A DNA stretch of 64,000 nt from Eledone cirrhosa (taxonomy: Eukaryota), in assembly GCA_964016885.1 (NCBI GenBank), contig OZ024740.1, positions 429,784,001 to 429,848,000 of the forward strand, read 5' to 3'. The notes beneath the pieces are model-generated. The model did not search any database and was not told where the DNA came from. It worked only from the letters and a program-made list of their open reading frames with translations. Both the position numbers and the translations under genes were made by a program. How positions within the stretch are numbered: position 1 is the first letter of the stretch; each line of letters begins with the position of its first letter. This document shows, piece by piece, positions 46,201-60,890 of this stretch.

Positions 46201-49200
46201 TACTACCTATATCATTACTGTTATATTATTCTAAATAACAACCTAATATTACTGCCTATATCATTACTGTTATATTATTCTAAATAACAACCTAATATTA
46301 CTACATATATCATTACTGTTATATTATTCTAAATAACAATCTAATATTTCTACCTATATCATTACTGTTATATTATTCTAAATAACAACCTAATATTACA
46401 ACCTATATCATTACTGTTATATTATTCTAAATAACAACCTAATATTACTACCTATATCATTACTGTTATATTATTTTAAATAACAACCTAATATTACTAC
46501 CTATATCATTACTGTTATATTATTCTAAATAACAACCTAATATTACTACCTATATCATTACTGTTATATTATTCTAAATAATAACCTAATATTACTACCT
46601 ATATCATTACTGTTATATTATTCTAAATAACAACCTAATATTACTACCTATATCATTACTGTTATATTATTCTAAATAACAACCTAATATTACTACCTAT
46701 ATCATTACTGTTATATTATTCTAAATAACAACCTAATATTACTACCTATATCATTACTGTTATATTATTTTAAATAACAACCTAATATTAATACCTCTAT
46801 CATTACTGTTATATTATTCTAAATAACAACCTAATATTACTAACTATATCATTACTGTTATATTATTCTAAATAACAACCTAATATTACAACCTATATCA
46901 TTACTGTTATATTATTCTAAATAACAACCTAATATTACTACCTATATCATTACTGTTATATTATTCAAAATAACAACCAAATATTACTACCTATATCATT
47001 ACTGTTATATTATTCTAAATAACAACCTAATATTACTACCTATATCATTACTGTTATATTATTTTAAATAACAACCTAATATTACTACCTATATCATTAC
47101 TGTTATATTATTCTAAATAACAACCTAATATTACTAACTATATCATTACTGTTATATTATTCTAAATAACAACCTAATATTACTACCTATATCATTACTG
47201 TTATATTATTTTAAATAACAACCTAATATTACTACCTATATCATTACTGTTATATTATTCTAAATAACAACCTAATATTACTACCTATATCATTACTGTT
47301 ATATTATTCTAAATAACAACCTAATATTACTACCTATATCATTACTGTTATATTATTCTAAATAATAACCTAATATTACTACCTATATCATTACTGTTAT
47401 ATTATTTTAAATAACAACCTAATATTACAACCTATATCATTACTGTCATATTATTCTAAATAACAATTTAATATTACTACCTATATTATTACTGTTATAT
47501 TATTCTAAATAACAACCTAATATTACTACCTATATCATTACTGTTATATTATTCTAAATAACAACCTAATATTACTACCTATATCATTACTATTATATTA
47601 TTCTAAATAACAACCTAATATTACAACCTATATTATTACTGTTATATTATTCTGAATAACAACCTAATATTACAACCTATATCATTACTGTTATATTATT
47701 CTAAATAACAACATAATATTACAACCTATATCATTACTGTTATATTATTCTAAATAACAACCTAATATTACTACCTATATCATTACTGTTATATTATTCT
47801 AAATAACAACCTAATATTACTAACTATATCATTACTGTTATATTATTCTAAATAACAACCTAATATTACTACCTATATCATTACTGTTATATTATTCTAA
47901 ATAACAACCTAATATTACAACCTATATCATTACTGTTATATTATTCTAAATAACAACCTAATATTACAACCTATATCATTACTGTTATATTATTCTAAAT
48001 AACAACATAATATTACTACCTATATCATTACTGTTATATTATTCTAAATAACAACCTAATATTACAACCTATATCATTACTGTTATATTATTCTAAATAA
48101 CAACCTAATATTACTACCTATATCATTACTGTTATATTATTTTAAATAACAACCTAATATTACTACCTATATCATTACTGTTATATTATTCTAAATAACA
48201 ACCTAATATTACTACCTATATCATTACTGTTATATTATTCTAAATAATAACCTAATATTACTACCTATATCATTACTGTTATATTATTCTAAATAACAAC
48301 CTAATATTACTACCTATATCATTACTGTTATATTATTCTAAATAACAACCTCATATTACTACCTATATCATTACTGTTATATTATTCTAAATAACAACCT
48401 AATATTACTACCTATATCATTACTGTTATATTATTTTAAATAACAACCTAATATTACTACCTATATCATTACTGTTATATTATTCTAAATAACAACCTAA
48501 TATTACTAACTATATCATTACTGTTATATTATTCTAAATAACAACCTAATATTACTACCTATATCATTACTGTTATATTATTTTAAATAACAACCTAATA
48601 TTACTACCTATATCATTACTGTTATATTATTCTAAATAACAACCTAATATTACTACCTATATCATTACTGTTATATTATTCTAAATAACAACCTAATATT
48701 ACTACCTATATCATTACTGTTATATTATTCTAAATAATAACCTAATATTACTGCCTATATCATTACTGTTATATTATTTTAAATAACAACCTAATATTAC
48801 AACCTATATCATTACTGTCATATTATTCTAAATAACAATTTAATATTACTACCTATATTATTACTGTTATATTATTCTAAATAACAACCTAATATTACTA
48901 CCTATATCATTACTGTTATATTATTCTAAATAACAACCTAATATTACTACCTATATCATTACTGTTATATTATTCTAAATAACAACCTAATATTACAACC
49001 TATATCATTACTGTTATATTATTCTGAATAACAACCTAATATTACAACCTATATCATTACTGTTATATTATTCTAAATAACAACATAATATTACAACCTA
49101 TATCATTACTGTTATATTATTCTAAATAACAACCTAATATTACTACCTATATCATTACTGTTATATTATTCTAAATAACAACCTAATATTACTAACTATA

Positions 49201-52200
49201 TCATTACTGTTATATTATTCTAAATAACAACCTAATATTACTACCTATATCATTACTGTTATATTATTCTAAATAACAACCTAATATTACAACCTATATC
49301 ATTACTGTTATATTATTCTAAATAACAACCTAATATTACAACCTATATCATTACTGTTATATTATTCTAAATAACAACCTAATATTACTACCTATATCAT
49401 TACTGTTATATTATTCAAAATAACAACCAAATATTACTACCTATATCATTACTGTTATATTATTCTAAATAACAACCTAATATTACTACCTATATTATTA
49501 CTGTTATATTATTCTAAATAACAACCTAATATTACTACCTATATCATTACTGTTATATTATTTTAAATAACAACCTAATATTACTACCTATATTATTACT
49601 GTTATATTATTCTAAATAACAACCTAATATTACTACCTATATCATTACTGTTATATTATTCTAAATAACAACCTAATATTACTACCTATATCATTACTGT
49701 TATATTATTCTAAATAACAACCTAATATTACAACCTATATCATTACTGTTATATTATTCTGAATAACAACCTAATATTACAACCTATATCATTACTGTTA
49801 TATTATTCTAAATAACAACATAATATTACAACCTATATCATTACTGTTATATTATTCTAAATAACAACCTAATATTACTACCTATATCATTACTGTTATA
49901 TTATTCTAAATAACAACCTAATATTACTAACTATATCATTACTGTTATATTATTCTAAATAACAACCTAATATTACTACCTATATCATTACTGTTATATT
50001 ATTCTAAATAACAACCTAATATTACAACCTATATCATTACTGTTATATTATTCTAAATAACAACCTAATATTACAACCTATATCATTACTGTTATATTAT
50101 TCTAAATAACAACCTAATATTACTACCTATATCATTACTGTTATATTATTCAAAATAACAACCAAATATTACTACCTATATCATTACTGTTATATTATTC
50201 TAAATAACAACCTAATATTACTACCTATATCATTACTGTTATATTATTTTAAATAACAACCTAATATTACTACCTATATCATTACTGTTATATTATTCTA
50301 AATAACAACCTAATATTACTAACTATATCATTACTGTTATATTATTCTAAATAACAACCTAATATTACTACCTATATCATTACTGTTATATTATTTTAAA
50401 TAACAACCTAATATTACTACCTATATCATTACTGTTATATTATTCTAAATAACAACCTAATATTACTACCTATATCATTACTGTTATATTATTCTAAATA
50501 ACAACCTAATATTACTACCTATATCATTACTGTTATATTATTCTAAATAATAACCTAATATTACTACCTATATCATTACTGTTATATTATTTTAAATAAC
50601 AACCTAATATTACAACCTATATCATTACTGTCATATTATTCTAAATAACAATTTAATATTACTACCTATATTATTACTGTTATATTATTCTAAATAACAA
50701 CCTAATATTACTACCTATATCATTACTGTTATATTATTCTAAATAACAACCTAATATTACTACCTATATCATTACTGTTATATTATTCTAAATAACAACC
50801 TAATATTACAACCTATATTATTACTGTTATATTATTCTGAATAACAACCTAATATTACAACCTATATCATTACTGTTATATTATTCTAAATAACAACATA
50901 ATATTACAACCTATATCATTACTGTTATATTATTCTAAATAACAACCTAATATTACTACCTATATCATTACTGTTATATTATTCTAAATAACAACCTAAT
51001 ATTACTAACTATATCATTACTGTTATATTATTCTAAATAACAACCTAATATTACTACCTATATCATTACTGTTATATTATTCTAAATAACAACCTAATAT
51101 TACAACCTATATCATTACTGTTATATTATTCTAAATAACAACCTAATATTACAACCTATATCATTACTGTTATATTATTCTAAATAACAACCTAATATTA
51201 CTACCTATATCATTACTGTTATATTATTTTAAATAACAACCTAATATTACTACCTATATCATTACTGTTATATTATTCTAAATAACAACCTAATATTACT
51301 ACCTATATCATTACTGTTATATTATTCTAAATAATAACCTAATATTACTACCTATATCATTACTGTTATATTATTCTAAATAACAACCTAATATTACTAC
51401 CTATATCATTACTGTTATATTATTCTAAATAACAACCTCATATTACTACCTATATCATTACTGTTATATTATTCTAAATAACAACCTAATATTACTACCT
51501 ATATCATTACTGTTATATTATTTTAAATAACAACCTAATATTACTACCTATATCATTACTGTTATATTATTCTAAATAACAACCTAATATTACTAACTAT
51601 ATCATTACTGTTATATTATTCTAAATAACAACCTAATATTACTACCTATATCATTACTGTTATATTATTTTAAATAACAACCTAATATTACTACCTATAT
51701 CATTACTGTTATATTATTCTAAATAACAACCTAATATTACTACCTATATCATTACTGTTATATTATTCTAAATAACAACCTAATATTACTACCTATATCA
51801 TTACTGGTATATTATTCTAAATAATAACCTAATATTACTACCTATATCATTACTGTTATATTATTTTAAGTAACAACCTAATATTACAACCTATATCATT
51901 ACTGTCATATTATTCTAAATAACAATTTAATATTACTACCTATATTATTACTGTTATATTATTCTAAATAACAACCTAATATTACTACCTATATCATTAC
52001 TGTTATATTATTCTAAATAACAACCTAATATTACTACCTATATCATTACTGTTATATTATTCTAAATAACAACCTAATATTACAACCTATATCATTACTG
52101 TTATATTATTCTGAATAACAACCTAATATTACAACCTATATCATTACTGTTATATTATTCTAAATAACAACATAATATTACAACCTATATCATTACTGTT

Positions 52201-55200
52201 ATATTATTCTAAATAACAACCTAATATTACTACCTATATCATTACTGTTATATTATTCTAAATAACAACCTAATATTACTAACTATATCATTACTGTTAT
52301 ATTATTCTAAATAACAACCTAATATTACTACCTATATCATTACTGTTATATTATTCTAAATAACAACCTAATATTACAACCTATATCATTACTGTTATAT
52401 TATTCTCAATAACAACCTAATATTACAACCTATATCATTACTGTTATATTATTCTAAATAACAACCTAATATTACTACCTATATCATTACTGTTATATTA
52501 TTCAAAATAACAACCAAATATTACTACCTATATCATTACTGTTATATTATTCTAAATAACAACCTAATATTACTACCTATATTATTACTGTTATATTATT
52601 CTAAATAACAACCTAATATTACTACCTATATCATTACTGTTATATTATTTTAAATAACAACCTAATATTACTACCTATATCATTACTGTTATATTATTCT
52701 AAATAACAACCTAATATTACTACCTATATCATTAGTTATATTATTCTAAATAACAACCTAATATTACTACCTATATCATTACTGTTATATTATTCTAAAT
52801 AACAACCTAATATTACTACCTATATCATTACTGTTATTTTATTCTAAATAATAACCTAATATTACTACCTATATCATTACTGTTATATTATTCTAAATAA
52901 CAACCTAATATTACTACCCTATATCATTACTGTTATATTATTCTAAACAACAACCTAATATTACTACCTATATCATTACTGTTATATTATTCTAAATAAC
53001 AACCTAATATTACTACCTATATCATTACTGTTATATTATTCTAAACAACAACCTAATATTACTACCTATATCATTACTGTTATATTATTCTAAATAACAA
53101 CCTAATATTACTACCTATATCATTACTGTTATATTATTTTAAATAACAACCTAATATTTCTACCTATATCATTACTGTTATATTATTCTAAATAACAACC
53201 TAATATTACTACCTATATCATTACTGTTATATTATTTTAAATAACAACCTAATATTACTACCTATATCATTACTGTTATATTATTCTAAATAACAACCTA
53301 ATATTACTACCTATATCATTACTGTTATATTATTCTAAATAACAACCTAATATTACTGCCTATATCATTACTGTTATATTATTCTAAATAACAACCTAAT
53401 ATTACTACCTATATCATTACTGTTATATTATTCTAAATAACAACCTAATATTACTACCTATATCATTACTGTTATATTATTCTAAATAACAACCTAATAT
53501 TACAACCTATATCATTACTGTTATATTATTCTAAATAACAACCTAATATTACTACCTATATCATTACTGTTATATTATTTTAAATAACAACCTAATATTA
53601 CTACCTATATCATTACTGTTATATTATTCTAAATAACAACCTAATATTACTACCTATATCATTACTGTTATATTATTCTAAATAATAACCTAATATTACT
53701 ACCTATATCATTACTGTTATATTATTCTACATAACAACCTAATATTACTACCTATATCATTACTGTTATATTATTCTAAATAACAACCTAATATTACTAC
53801 CTATATCATTACTGTTATATTATTTTAAATAACAACCTAATATTACTACCTATATCATTACTGTTATATTATTCTAAATAACAACATAATATTACTAACT
53901 ATATCATTACTGTTATATTATTCTAAATAACAACCTAATATTACTACCTATATCATTACTGTTATATTATTTTAAATAACAACCTAATATTACTACCTAT
54001 ATCATTACTGTTATATTATTCTAAATAACAACCTAATATTAGTACCTATATCATTACTGTTATATTATTCTAAATAACAACCTAATATTACTACCTATAT
54101 CATTACTGTATATATATTCTAAATAATAACCTAATATTACTACCTATATCATTACTGTTATATTATTTTAAATAACAACCTAATATTACAACCTATATCA
54201 TTACTGTCATATTATTCTAAATAACAATTTAATATTACTACCTATATTATTACTGTTATATTATTCTAAATAACAACCTAATATTACTACCTATATCATT
54301 ACTGTTATATTATTCTAAATAACAACCTAATATTACTACCTATATCATTACTGTTATATTATTCTAAATAACAACCTATTATTACAACCTATATCATTAC
54401 TGTTATATTATTCTGAATAACAACCTAATATTACAACCTATATCATTACTGTTATATTATTCTAAATAACAACATAATATTACAACCTATATCATTACTG
54501 TTATATTATTCTAAATAACAACCTAATATTACTACCTATATCATTACTGTTATATTATTTTAAATAACAACCTAATATTACTACCTATATCATTACTGTT
54601 ATATTATTCTAAATAACAACCTAATATTACTATCTATATCATTACTGTTATATTATTCTAAATAACAACCTAATATTACTACCTATATCATTACTGTTAT
54701 ATTATTTTAAATAACAACCTAATATTACTACCTATATCATTACTGTCATATTATTCTAAATAACAACCTAATATTACTACCTATATCATTACTGTTATAT
54801 TATTCTAAATAACAACCTAATATTACTACCTATATCATTACTGTTATATTATTCTAAATAACAACCTAATATTACTACCTATATCATTACTGTTATATTA
54901 TTTTAAATAACAACCTAATATTACTACCTATATCATTACTGTTATATTATTCTAAATAACAACCTAATATTACTACCTATATCATTACTGTTATATTATT
55001 CTAAATAACAACCTAATATTACAACCTATATCATTACTGTTATATTATTCTAAATAACAACCTAATATTACTTCCTATATCATTACTGTTATATTATTCT
55101 AAATAACAACCTAATATTACTACCTATATCATTACAGTTATATTATTCTAAATAACAACCTAATATTACTTCCTATATCATTACTGTTATATTATTCTAA

Positions 55201-58200
55201 ATAACAACCTAATATTACTACCTATATCATTACTGTTATATTATTTTAAATAACAACCTAATATTACTACCTATATCATTACTGTTATATTATTCTAAAT
55301 AACAACCTAATATTACTACCTATATCATTACTGTTATATTATTCTAAATAACAACCTAATATTACAACCTATATCATTACTGTTATATTATTCTAAATAA
55401 CAACCTAATATTACTACCTATATCATTACTGTTATATTATATTAAATAACAACCTAATATTACTGCCTATATCATTACTGTTATATTATTCTAAATAACA
55501 ACCTAATATTACTACCTATATCATTACTGTTATATTATTCTAAATAACAACCTAATATTACTACCTATATCATTACTGTTATATTATTCTAAATAACAAC
55601 CTAATATTACAACCTATATCATTACTGTTATATTATTCTAAATAACAACCCTAATATTACTACCTATATCATTACTGTTATATTATTTTAAATAACAACC
55701 TAATATAACTACCTATATCATTACTGTTATATTATTCTAAATAACAACCTAATATTACTACCTATATCATTACTGTTATATTATTCTAAATAATAACCTA
55801 ATATTACTACCTATATCATTACTGTTATATTATTCTAAATAACAACCTAATATTACTACCTATATCATTACTGTTATATTATTCTAAATAACAACCTAAT
55901 ATTACTACCTATATCATTACTGTTATATTATTTTAAATAACAACCTAATATTACTACCTATATCATTACTGTTATATTATTATAAATAACAACCTAATAT
56001 TACTACCTATATCATTACTGTTATATTATTCTAAATAACAACCTAATATTACTACCTATATCATTACTGTTATATTATTCTAAATAAAAACCTAATATTA
56101 CTACCTATATCATTACTGTTATATTATTTTAAATAACAACCCTAATATTACTACCTATATCATTACTGTTATATTATTCAAAATAACAACCTAATATTAC
56201 TACCTATATCATTACTGTTATATTATTCTAAATAACAACCTAATATTACTACCTATATCATTACTGTTATATTATTTTAAATAACAACCTAATATTACTA
56301 CCTATATCATTACTGTTATATTATTCTAAATAACAACCTAATATTACTACCTATATCATTACTGTTATATTATTCTAAATAACAACCTAATATTACTACC
56401 TATATCATTACTGTTATATTATTCTAAATAACAACCTAATATTACTACCTATATCATTACTGTTATATTATTTTAAATAACAACCTAATATTACCTACCT
56501 ATATCATTACTGTTATATTATTCTAAATAACAACCTAATATTACTACCTATATCATTACTGTTATATTATTCTAAATAACAACCTAATATTACTACCTAT
56601 ATCATTACTGTTATATTATTCTAAATAACAACCTAATATTACTACCTATATCATTACTGTTATATTATTTTAAATAACAACCTAATATTACTACCTATAT
56701 CATTACTGTTATATTATTCTAAATAACAACCTAATATTACTACCTATATCATTTCTGTTATATTATTCTAAATAACAACCTAATATTACAACCTATATCA
56801 TTACTGTTATATTATTCTAAATAACAACCTAATATTACAACCTATATCATTACTGTTATATTATTCTAAATAACAACCTAATATTACAACCTATATCATT
56901 ACTGTTATATTATTCTAAATAACAACCTAATATTACTACCTATATCATTACTGTTATATTATTCAAAATAACAACCAAATATTACTACCTATATCATTAC
57001 TGTTATATTATTCTAAATAACAACCTAATATTACTACCTATATTATTACTGTTATATTATTCTAAATAACAACCTAATATTACTACCTATATCATTACTG
57101 TTATATTATTCTAAATAACAACCTAATATTACTACCTATATCATTACTGTTATATTATTCTAAATAACAACCTAATATTACTACCTATATCATTACTGTT
57201 ATATTATTCTAAATAACAACCTAATATTACTACCTATATCATTACTGTTATATTATTCTAAATAACAACCTAATATTACTACCTATATCATTACTGTTAT
57301 ATTATTCTAAAGAACAACCTAATATTACAACCTATATCATTACTGTTATATTATTCTAAATAACAACCTAATATTACAACCTATATCATTATTGTTATAT
57401 TATTCTAAATAACAACATAATATTACAACCTATATCATTACTGTTATATTATTCTAAATAACAACCTAATATTACTACCTATATCATTACTGTTATATTA
57501 TTTTAAATAACCTAATATTACTACCTATATCATTACTGTTATATTATTCGAAATAACAACCTAATATTACTACCTATATCATTACTGTTATATTATTTTA
57601 AATAACAACCTAAAATTACTACCTATATCATTACTGTTATATTATTCTAAATAACAACCTAATATTACTACCTATATTATTACTGTTATATTATTCTAAA
57701 TAACAACCTAATATTACTACCTATATCATTACTGTTATATTATTTTAAATAACAACCTAATATTACTACCTATATCATTACTGTTATATTATTCTAAATA
57801 ACAACCTAATATTACTACCTATATCATTACTGTTATATTATTCTAAATAACAACCTAATATTACTACCTATATAATTACTGTTATATTATTTTAAATAAC
57901 AACCTAATATTACTACCTATATCATTACTGTTATATTATTCTAAATAACAACCTAATATTACAACCTATATCATTACTGTTATATTATTCTAAATAACAA
58001 CCTAATATTACAACCTATATCATTACTGTTATATTATTCTAAATAACAACCTAATATTACAACCTATATCATTACTGTTATATTATTCTAAATAACAACC
58101 TAATATTACTACCTATATCATTACTGTTATATTATTCAAAATAACAACCAAATATTACTATCTATATCATTACTGTTATATTATTCTAAATAACAACCTA

Positions 58201-60690
58201 ATATTACTACCTATATTATTACTGTTATATTATTCTAAATAACAACCTAATATTACTACCTATATCATTACTGTTATATTATTTTAAATAACAACCTAAT
58301 ATTACTACCTATATCATTACTGTTATATTATTCTAAATAACAACCTAATATTACTACCTATATCATTACTGTTATATTATTCTAAATAACAACCTAATAT
58401 TACTACCTATATCATTACTGTTATATTATTCTAAATAACAACCTAATATTACTACCTATATCATTACTGTTATTTTATTCTAAATAATAACCTAATATTA
58501 CTACCTATATCATTACTGTTATATTATTCTAAATAACAACCTAATATTACTACCTATATCATTACTGTTATATTATTCTAAACAACAACCTAATATTACT
58601 ACCTATATCATTACTGTTATATTATTCTAAATAACAACCTAATATTACTACCTATATCATTACTGTTATATTATTCTAAACAACAACCTAATATTACTAC
58701 CTATATCATTACTGTTATATTATTCTAAATAACAACCTAATATTACTACCCATATCATTACTGTTATATTATTTTAAATAACAACCTAATATTTCTACCC
58801 ATATCATTACTGTTATATTATTCTAAATAACAACCTAATATTACTACCTATATCATTACTGTTATATTATTTTAAATAACAACCTAATATTACTACCTAT
58901 ATCATTACTGTTATATTATTCTAAATAACAACCTAATATTACTACCTATATCATTACTGTTATATTATTCTAAATAATAACCTAATATTACTACCTATAT
59001 CATTACTGTTATATTATTCTAAATAACAACCTAATATTACTACCTATATCATTACTGTTATATTATTCTAAATAACAACCTAATATTACTACCTATATCA
59101 TTACTGTTATATTATTCTAAAGAACAACCTAATATTACTACCTATATCATTACTGTTATATTATTCTAAAGAACAACCTAATATTACAACCTATATCATT
59201 ACTGTTATATTATTCTAAATAACAACCTAATATTACAACCTATATCATTATTGTTATATTATTCTAAATAACAACATAATATTACAACCTATATCATTAC
59301 TGTTATATTATTCTAAATAACAACCTAATATTACTACCTATATTATTACTGTTATATTATTCTAAATAACAACCTAATATTACTACCTATATCATTACTG
59401 TTATATTATTTTAAATAACAACCTAATATTACTACCTATATCATTACTGTTATATTATTCTAAATAACAACCTAATATTACTACCTATATCATTACTGTT
59501 ATATTATTCTAAATAACAACCTAATATTACTACCTATATAATTACTGTTATATTATTTTAAATAACAACCTAATATTACTACCTATATCATTACTGTTAT
59601 ATTATTCTAAATAACAACCTAATATTACAACCTATATCATTACTGTTATATTATTCTAAATAACAACCTAATATTACAACCTATATCATTACTGTTATAT
59701 TATTCTAAATAACAACCTAATATTACAACCTATATCATTACTGTTATATTATTCTAAATAACAACCTAATATTACTACCTATATCATTACTGTTATATTA
59801 TTCAAAATAACAACCAAATATTACTATCTATATCATTACTGTTATATTATTCTAAATAACAACCTAATATTACTACCTATATTATTACTGTTATATTATT
59901 CTAAATAACAACCTAATATTACTACCTATATCATTACTGTTATATTATTTTAAATAACAACCTAATATTACTACCTATATCATTACTGTTATATTATTCT
60001 AAATAACAACCTAATATTACTACCTATATCATTACTGTTATATTATTCTAAATAACAACCTAATATTACTACCTATATCATTACTGTTATATTATTCTAA
60101 ATAACAACCTAATATTACTACCTATATCATTACTGTTATTTTATTCTAAATAATAACCTAATATTACTACCTATATCATTACTGTTATATTATTCTAAAT
60201 AACAACCTAATATTACTACCTATATCATTACTGTTATATTATTCTAAACAACAACCTAATATTACTACCTATATCATTACTGTTATATTATTCTAAATAA
60301 CAACCTAATATTACTACCTATATCATTACTGTTATATTATTCTAAACAACAACCTAATATTACTACCTATATCATTACTGTTATATTATTCTAAATAACA
60401 ACCTAATATTACTACCTATATCATTACTGTTATATTATTTTAAATAACAACCTAATATTTCTACCTATATCATTACTGTTATATTATTCTAAATAACAAC
60501 CTAATATTACTACCTATATCATTACTGTTATATTATTTTAAATAACAACCTAATATTACTACCTATATCATTACTGTTATATTATTCTAAATAACAACCT
60601 AATATTACTACCTATATCATTACTGTTATATTATTCTAAATAATAACCTAATATTACTACCTATATCATTACTGTTATATTATTCTAAAT

Positions 60691-60890
60691 NNNNNNNNNN
60701 NNNNNNNNNNNNNNNNNNNNNNNNNNNNNNNNNNNNNNNNNNNNNNNNNNNNNNNNNNNNNNNNNNNNNNNNNNNNNNNNNNNNNNNNNNNNNNNNNNNN
60801 NNNNNNNNNNNNNNNNNNNNNNNNNNNNNNNNNNNNNNNNNNNNNNNNNNNNNNNNNNNNNNNNNNNNNNNNNNNNNNNNNNNNNNNNNN
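60691..60890. other. Assembly gap (200 N), probably a fixed-length scaffolding gap of unknown true size
   Basis: Exactly 200 consecutive n. Round fixed-length gaps are typical of Hi-C or curated scaffolds. Confidence 0.97.

Larger units (their letters stand above)
1..60690 (+). repeat. 49-bp AT-rich tandem satellite array (~1,220 monomers), C-rich strand on +; continues beyond the left edge of the window
   Basis: Consensus ACTGTTATATTATTCTAAATAACAACCTAATATTACTACCTATATCATT (49 nt; 9 C, 1 G, no CpG) repeats head-to-tail from base 1 to the gap. Most monomers differ by 0-2 substitutions (common variants: TTCTAAA>TTTTAAA, TACTACC>TACAACC or TACTTCC, AACAACC>AATAACC). It is interrupted only by three SINE-plus-inversion cassettes. 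Confidence 0.99.

Noticed and set aside
1-60690. Giant repetitive ORF, including under a TAA/TAG=Gln genetic code where the + consensus has no TGA
   Set aside because: In the standard code the 49-bp period puts TAA in every frame on both strands. Under a ciliate-type code, CTGAAT variants, 1-2-bp indels, the inversions and the SINE break frames, and variants show no codon-position pattern that I could see.
1-60690. Ordered monomer variants as an information-bearing code or a novel programmed system
   Set aside because: The variant order is adequately explained by nested in-register duplications and deletions. Nothing in the window (no enzyme gene, leader or polarity of acquisition) supports a dedicated mechanism.
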